DNA of 46,324 bases, taken from an uncultured Candidatus Saccharibacteria bacterium (GTDB lineage: Bacteria; Patescibacteriota; Minisyncoccia; Phycocordibacterales; PALSA-1337). Shown here piece by piece: positions 43,197 through 46,324 of the stretch. The DNA lies in contig CAZAEF010000001.1 of NCBI GenBank assembly GCA_964484315.1, forward strand, positions 1-46,324, read 5' to 3'. How positions within the stretch are numbered: the first letter of the stretch is position 1; every line of letters starts with the position of its first letter. The translations under genes were made by a program, and so were the position numbers. Below the pieces are notes generated by a model, which ran no database searches, had not been told where the DNA came from, and worked only from the letters and a program-made list of their open reading frames with translations.

Positions 43197-43244
43197 TCGA
43201 GAAAAGAAGTAGTGAGAAAAGAGTTCATTAAAAATTGACAAATA

Positions 43245-43275
43245 GATAAAAGAAAACAGCACCGATCGGGGTGCC
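43245..43275 (-). terminator. Intrinsic terminator of the small membrane-protein gene
   Basis: GCACC-CCGATC-GGTGC on the minus strand, followed by TGTTTTCTTTTATC. Confidence 0.6.
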
Positions 43276-43315
43276 ATCTGTAAGTTTTAACAAGGCTTAC
43301 AACTTGGGTAGAATA

Positions 43316-43633
43316 CTACCATTTGGCTCTCTTGAATTTATCCCAAAAGATGTCATCCAAGATGCGGAATGCCAAGAAGCCTAAGGCTACAAGGAATGAT
43401 TGAGCAGGAGTCCTGCCCCAACTTTGCAATGCGACACTAAGGATTGTCGCGAAACAAAGAGCTTGAAGGATCTTCACGAATGTGTTTTTTGATAGGTACT
43501 TGAAACTCAGACTACCCACAAGTAAGAGAGCCACGGCAATCCACTGATTTGTACTAAGTATATTCATGTTGAATTGTGGTTTGAAAGGATACAAAGCGTG
43601 AGTGCCTTGCGATTCCTTACTGCCACAATCCAA
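43316..43633 (-). CDS. Small membrane protein, three predicted TM segments (105 aa from TTG 43633, or 83 aa from ATG 43567)
   Basis: Hydrophobic stretches WIAVALLLVGSLSF, ILQALCFATILSVAL and SFLVALGFLAFRIL. Own promoter and terminator. Confidence 0.55.
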   Translation of the reverse strand: MDCGSKESQGTHALYPFKPQFNMNILSTNQWIAVALLLVGSLSFKYLSKNTFVKILQALCFATILSVALQSWGRTPAQSFLVALGFLAFRILDDIFWDKFKRAKW

Positions 43634-43659
43634 CTTTTCGAAGAACTAAAATTATTGGT

Positions 43660-43689
43660 ATTGTAGCACGCTTATTACCTATTTGTCAA
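43660..43689 (-). promoter_or_regulatory. Minus-strand promoter TTGACA-18-TACAAT
   Basis: The reverse complement of 43684-89 is TTGACA and that of 43660-65 is TACAAT. The promoter faces away from dnaK. Confidence 0.55.
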
Positions 43690-43759
43690 GTTACCAAAAA
43701 TTCTCATTAAATTAGCCCCGAATTACCCTAAATTAACAACCCAAAATAACAAAAAAAAC

Positions 43760-45676
43760 ATGAGTAAAATTATCGGAATCGATCTCGGTACCACCAACTC
43801 TGCCATCGCAGTGATGGAAGGAGGAGTACCAAAAATACTTGAGAACGCTGAAGGTGCTCGCACAACTCCTTCCATCATTGCTCAGTCAAAGACTGGCGAT
43901 CGAATGGTAGGTCTACTCGCGAAGCGACAAGGTGTTACCAATCCAAAAAATACAATTTATCAGATCAAGCGCTTTATCGGCCACAACTTCGACGATCCAG
44001 CAGTACAGAAAGACCGCGCGTCTGTGCCTTTCGATATGCAGAAGTCAGCAACCGGAGGCATCGAAGTAAAGATGGGAGAAAAATGGTACAGACCAGAAGA
44101 AATCTCTGCAATGATACTTACAAAGCTTAAGAATGACGCAGAAGCTCGTATAGGAGAAAAGATCACAGAAGCAGTCATCACAGTTCCTGCGTATTTCAAC
44201 GATGCTCAGCGACAGGCTACAAAGGACGCCGGTCAGATCGCTGGTCTCGATGTCAAGCGCATTATCAATGAGCCGACTGCAGCCGCGCTCGCCTACGGGT
44301 TCAACAAAAAGAAAGATGAGAAGATAGCAGTCTTCGACTTCGGTGGAGGAACATTCGATGTGTCAGTACTCGAAGTGGGTGATGATGTTGTGGAGGTAAA
44401 ATCTACAGACGGAGATGCTCACCTAGGAGGAAAAGATATTGATCAGAAGATTATTCATTGGCTTGCAGAAGAATTCAAGAAGACTTCTGGCGTTGATGTT
44501 CGAAAGGATACACTCGCTCTACAGCGACTAGATGAAGCTGCAGAAAAGGCAAAAATTGAGCTTTCTACAGCTATGCAGACGGATGTGAATATACCATTCA
44601 TTACTTCTGGTGCAGATGGACCACAGCATCTTCTCATTACCATGACTCGTGCCAAACTCGAGGAATTGACCAAGGAGTTCATCGATCGAGCAATGGAGAT
44701 TACAAAGCGTGCCATGGCCGCTTCTCCGTTCAAGGTGGGTGACCTTCATGAAGTCATCCTTGTTGGAGGCCAGACACGTATGCCCGCTATGCAAAAAGCG
44801 GTGAAGGAGTTCTTCGGTAAGGAACCACACATGGGTGTGAATCCTGACGAAGTGGTTGCGGTAGGCGCTGCTATTCAAGGAGGAATTCTTGGTGGAGATG
44901 TAAAGGATGTCCTTCTCTTGGACGTCATTCCACTCTCACTTGGTATAGAGACAATGGGAGGAGTTGCTACGAAACTCATTGAAAAGAATACAACAATTCC
45001 AACTCAAAGATCACAAGTATTCTCTACAGCAGCGGATAATCAGACATCAGTAGAAATTCATATTAGTCAGGGAGAGCGCGCAATGGCTTCTGACAACAAA
45101 TCGCTCGGAAGATTTATCCTAGATGGTATTCCACCAGCACCAAGAGGTATGCCACAGGTAGAAGTTTCATTTGACATCGATGCAAATGGAATATTGAATG
45201 TGACTGCAAAAGATAAAGCCACAGGCAAGGCGAACTCTATAAAGATCACAGCTTCATCAGGACTTTCAAAAGAGGAAGTAGAGAAGATGAAGAAGGATGC
45301 AGAGGCAAATGCTACAGAAGATGCAAAGAAAAAAGAAATGATAGAGGCCAAGAACATAGCTGAGCAACTCATCTATACTTCAGAAAAATCTCTCAAGGAC
45401 GCAGGAGAAAAAGTGCCAGCAGAACTTCGCAAAGCAATCGAAGACAAGATAGCGGATGTGAAGACTCGTAAAGAGGGAACAGATGGATCGGCTTTGAAAA
45501 CTGCGACAGAGGCGCTTTCGACCGAACTTCAGAAGATAGGTCAATATATGCAACAGACACCACCAGCAGGAGGTCAGACAGGAGGACAACAAGGTGGTCA
45601 AGAAGGTAATCCAGGAGGAGAGCAGAAACCGCCAGAGGGGGATGTGAAGGATGCGGAGTTCAAGGAGAAGAAATAG
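43760..45676 (+). CDS. dnaK: Molecular chaperone DnaK (Hsp70)
   Basis: [32 protein letters not shown]. Gly/Gln-rich C-terminal tail. Confidence 0.97.
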   Translation: MSKIIGIDLGTTNSAIAVMEGGVPKILENAEGARTTPSIIAQSKTGDRMVGLLAKRQGVTNPKNTIYQIKRFIGHNFDDPAVQKDRASVPFDMQKSATGGIEVKMGEKWYRPEEISAMILTKLKNDAEARIGEKITEAVITVPAYFNDAQRQATKDAGQIAGLDVKRIINEPTAAALAYGFNKKKDEKIAVFDFGGGTFDVSVLEVGDDVVEVKSTDGDAHLGGKDIDQKIIHWLAEEFKKTSGVDVRKDTLALQRLDEAAEKAKIELSTAMQTDVNIPFITSGADGPQHLLITMTRAKLEELTKEFIDRAMEITKRAMAASPFKVGDLHEVILVGGQTRMPAMQKAVKEFFGKEPHMGVNPDEVVAVGAAIQGGILGGDVKDVLLLDVIPLSLGIETMGGVATKLIEKNTTIPTQRSQVFSTAADNQTSVEIHISQGERAMASDNKSLGRFILDGIPPAPRGMPQVEVSFDIDANGILNVTAKDKATGKANSIKITASSGLSKEEVEKMKKDAEANATEDAKKKEMIEAKNIAEQLIYTSEKSLKDAGEKVPAELRKAIEDKIADVKTRKEGTDGSALKTATEALSTELQKIGQYMQQTPPAGGQTGGQQGGQEGNPGGEQKPPEGDVKDAEFKEKK

Positions 45677-45701
45677 TGAACAATAAGTTAATTAAAATAG
45701 A

Positions 45702-45729
45702 AAAAGTGGCTAAAAAGTAGCCACTTTTT
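45702..45729 (+). terminator. Intrinsic terminator after dnaK
   Basis: AAAAGTGGCTA-AAAAG-TAGCCACTTTT followed by T. Confidence 0.8.
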
Positions 45730-45775
45730 CGTTGGCAGAAGATAGATATCAAAGTAAAAGTATTTCGAGAGGATA

Positions 45776-45812
45776 ATAAAAAAGCGCCCGCGAGTCGTGA
45801 GACAGGCGGGGC
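45776..45812 (-). terminator. Probable intrinsic terminator of the minus-strand 85-aa gene
   Basis: GC-rich interrupted hairpin (GCCC(G)CG..GTC-GTGA-GAC..CGGGGC), followed on the minus strand by a T-run (A-run 45775-83 on the plus strand). Confidence 0.5.
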
Positions 45813-45821
45813 ACTTATAAA

Positions 45822-46079
45822 TTATTCTTGCGTGTCTGTATGATCGAAGTAGTCGAGATCGAACCATCTGGTAATTCCTTCGATATGGATTGTGTTTCTC
45901 GTGTTCCCTTCGTTCAGACTGTCCACAATTACATCTTCATCAGCATTGAAAAATCTGCTAGAGTCGAGGGTTTTGAGTTTGATGGGGGGAGCAATGTTCC
46001 AGATCGTACGTCCATAGTCGTCAATCTTAGACACAGTGAGTCTCCCTGTCATTTTCAACTGTTCCAGTGTTACTGGCAT
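45822..46079 (-). CDS. Hypothetical 85-aa protein (orphan)
   Basis: ATG 46079. Purine-rich first-codon positions favour this frame over the overlapping plus-strand ORF 45828..46169. No family recognised. Confidence 0.5.
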   Translation of the reverse strand: MPVTLEQLKMTGRLTVSKIDDYGRTIWNIAPPIKLKTLDSSRFFNADEDVIVDSLNEGNTRNTIHIEGITRWFDLDYFDHTDTQE

Positions 46080-46104
46080 GATTGGCCTTTTGTTAATGTT
46101 CAGT

Positions 46105-46124
46105 GCAAGACTTCCAAGTCTTGC
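46105..46124. other. 8-bp stem hairpin GCAAGACT-TCCA-AGTCTTGC
   Basis: A perfect inverted repeat. On the plus strand it is followed by CGATTTATTTTT (terminator-like). On the minus strand it lies in the 5' leader of the 85-aa gene. Confidence 0.5.
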
Positions 46125-46324
46125 CGATTTATTTTTACATTACTATTCTATATACTTCATGTCAAGTAGTTAGAATGATAATGACAGAGTATAATTAACC
46201 CATCACAAATTCGCGTACTCTAGACAACAGCCAAAAAACAAATCAGCGACTGAATCAAAATTTATAGTTACATCTCAACACATCGCTCTATATATCACAT
46301 AGTACCAATGAATTTCTGATAATT

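Noticed and set aside
41588-43759. CIRCE (TTAGCACTC-N9-GAGTGCTAA) heat-shock operator upstream of grpE or dnaK
   Set aside because: No match to either half-site was seen in the grpE or dnaK upstream regions.
42204-43759. The grpE-dnaK insert as a classical mobile element
   Set aside because: No transposase, integrase or recombinase ORF is present. I could not find flanking direct or inverted terminal repeats by eye. The insert is described as a cassette of unknown origin instead.
45828-46169. Plus-strand 113-aa ORF overlapping the minus-strand 85-aa ORF
   Set aside because: The minus frame has the purine-rich first-position pattern and has its own start-proximal and terminator features. The plus frame looks like its shadow.

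Overview
AT-rich bacterial chromosomal segment. Gene content, shortened housekeeping proteins and near absence of Shine-Dalgarno sequences suggest a small-genome, Patescibacteria/CPR-like organism (inference only). The left 16.6 kb is a surface-glycan island. It holds two paralogous GT2 genes, a Gfo/Idh/MocA oxidoreductase, an FkbM methyltransferase, two tandem class-I methyltransferases, a GT4, an MsbA-type ABC exporter and an extended-SDR epimerase. It also carries a complete four-enzyme nucleotide-heptose pathway (GHMP kinase, GmhA, GmhB, nucleotidyltransferase) with a transaldolase, an SDR, and a Wzy_C/O-antigen-ligase-like membrane protein with a TPR tail. The rest is mostly plus-strand housekeeping: murB, secA, zwf, ychF, leuS, mltG, mnmA, alaS, the infA-rpmJ-rpsM-rpsK-rpsD-rpoA-rplQ-rplM-rpsI block, grpE and dnaK. 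Four things stand out. (1) A ~1 kb gene-free, locally GC-rich island (23087-24108) holds two promoter-to-terminator units full of nested helices; these are candidate orphan structured RNAs, or alternatively small foreign ORFs. (2) grpE and dnaK are split by a 1.5 kb opposite-strand cassette of three small orphan genes, with four phased 11-bp repeats, a 20-bp perfect palindrome and a possible sRNA. (3) The murB upstream region is dense with repeats, promoters and a possible attenuator. (4) Many -10 boxes sit 6-10 nt from start codons, a leaderless-type architecture. I recognised no rRNA, tRNA, CRISPR array, transposase or integrase.
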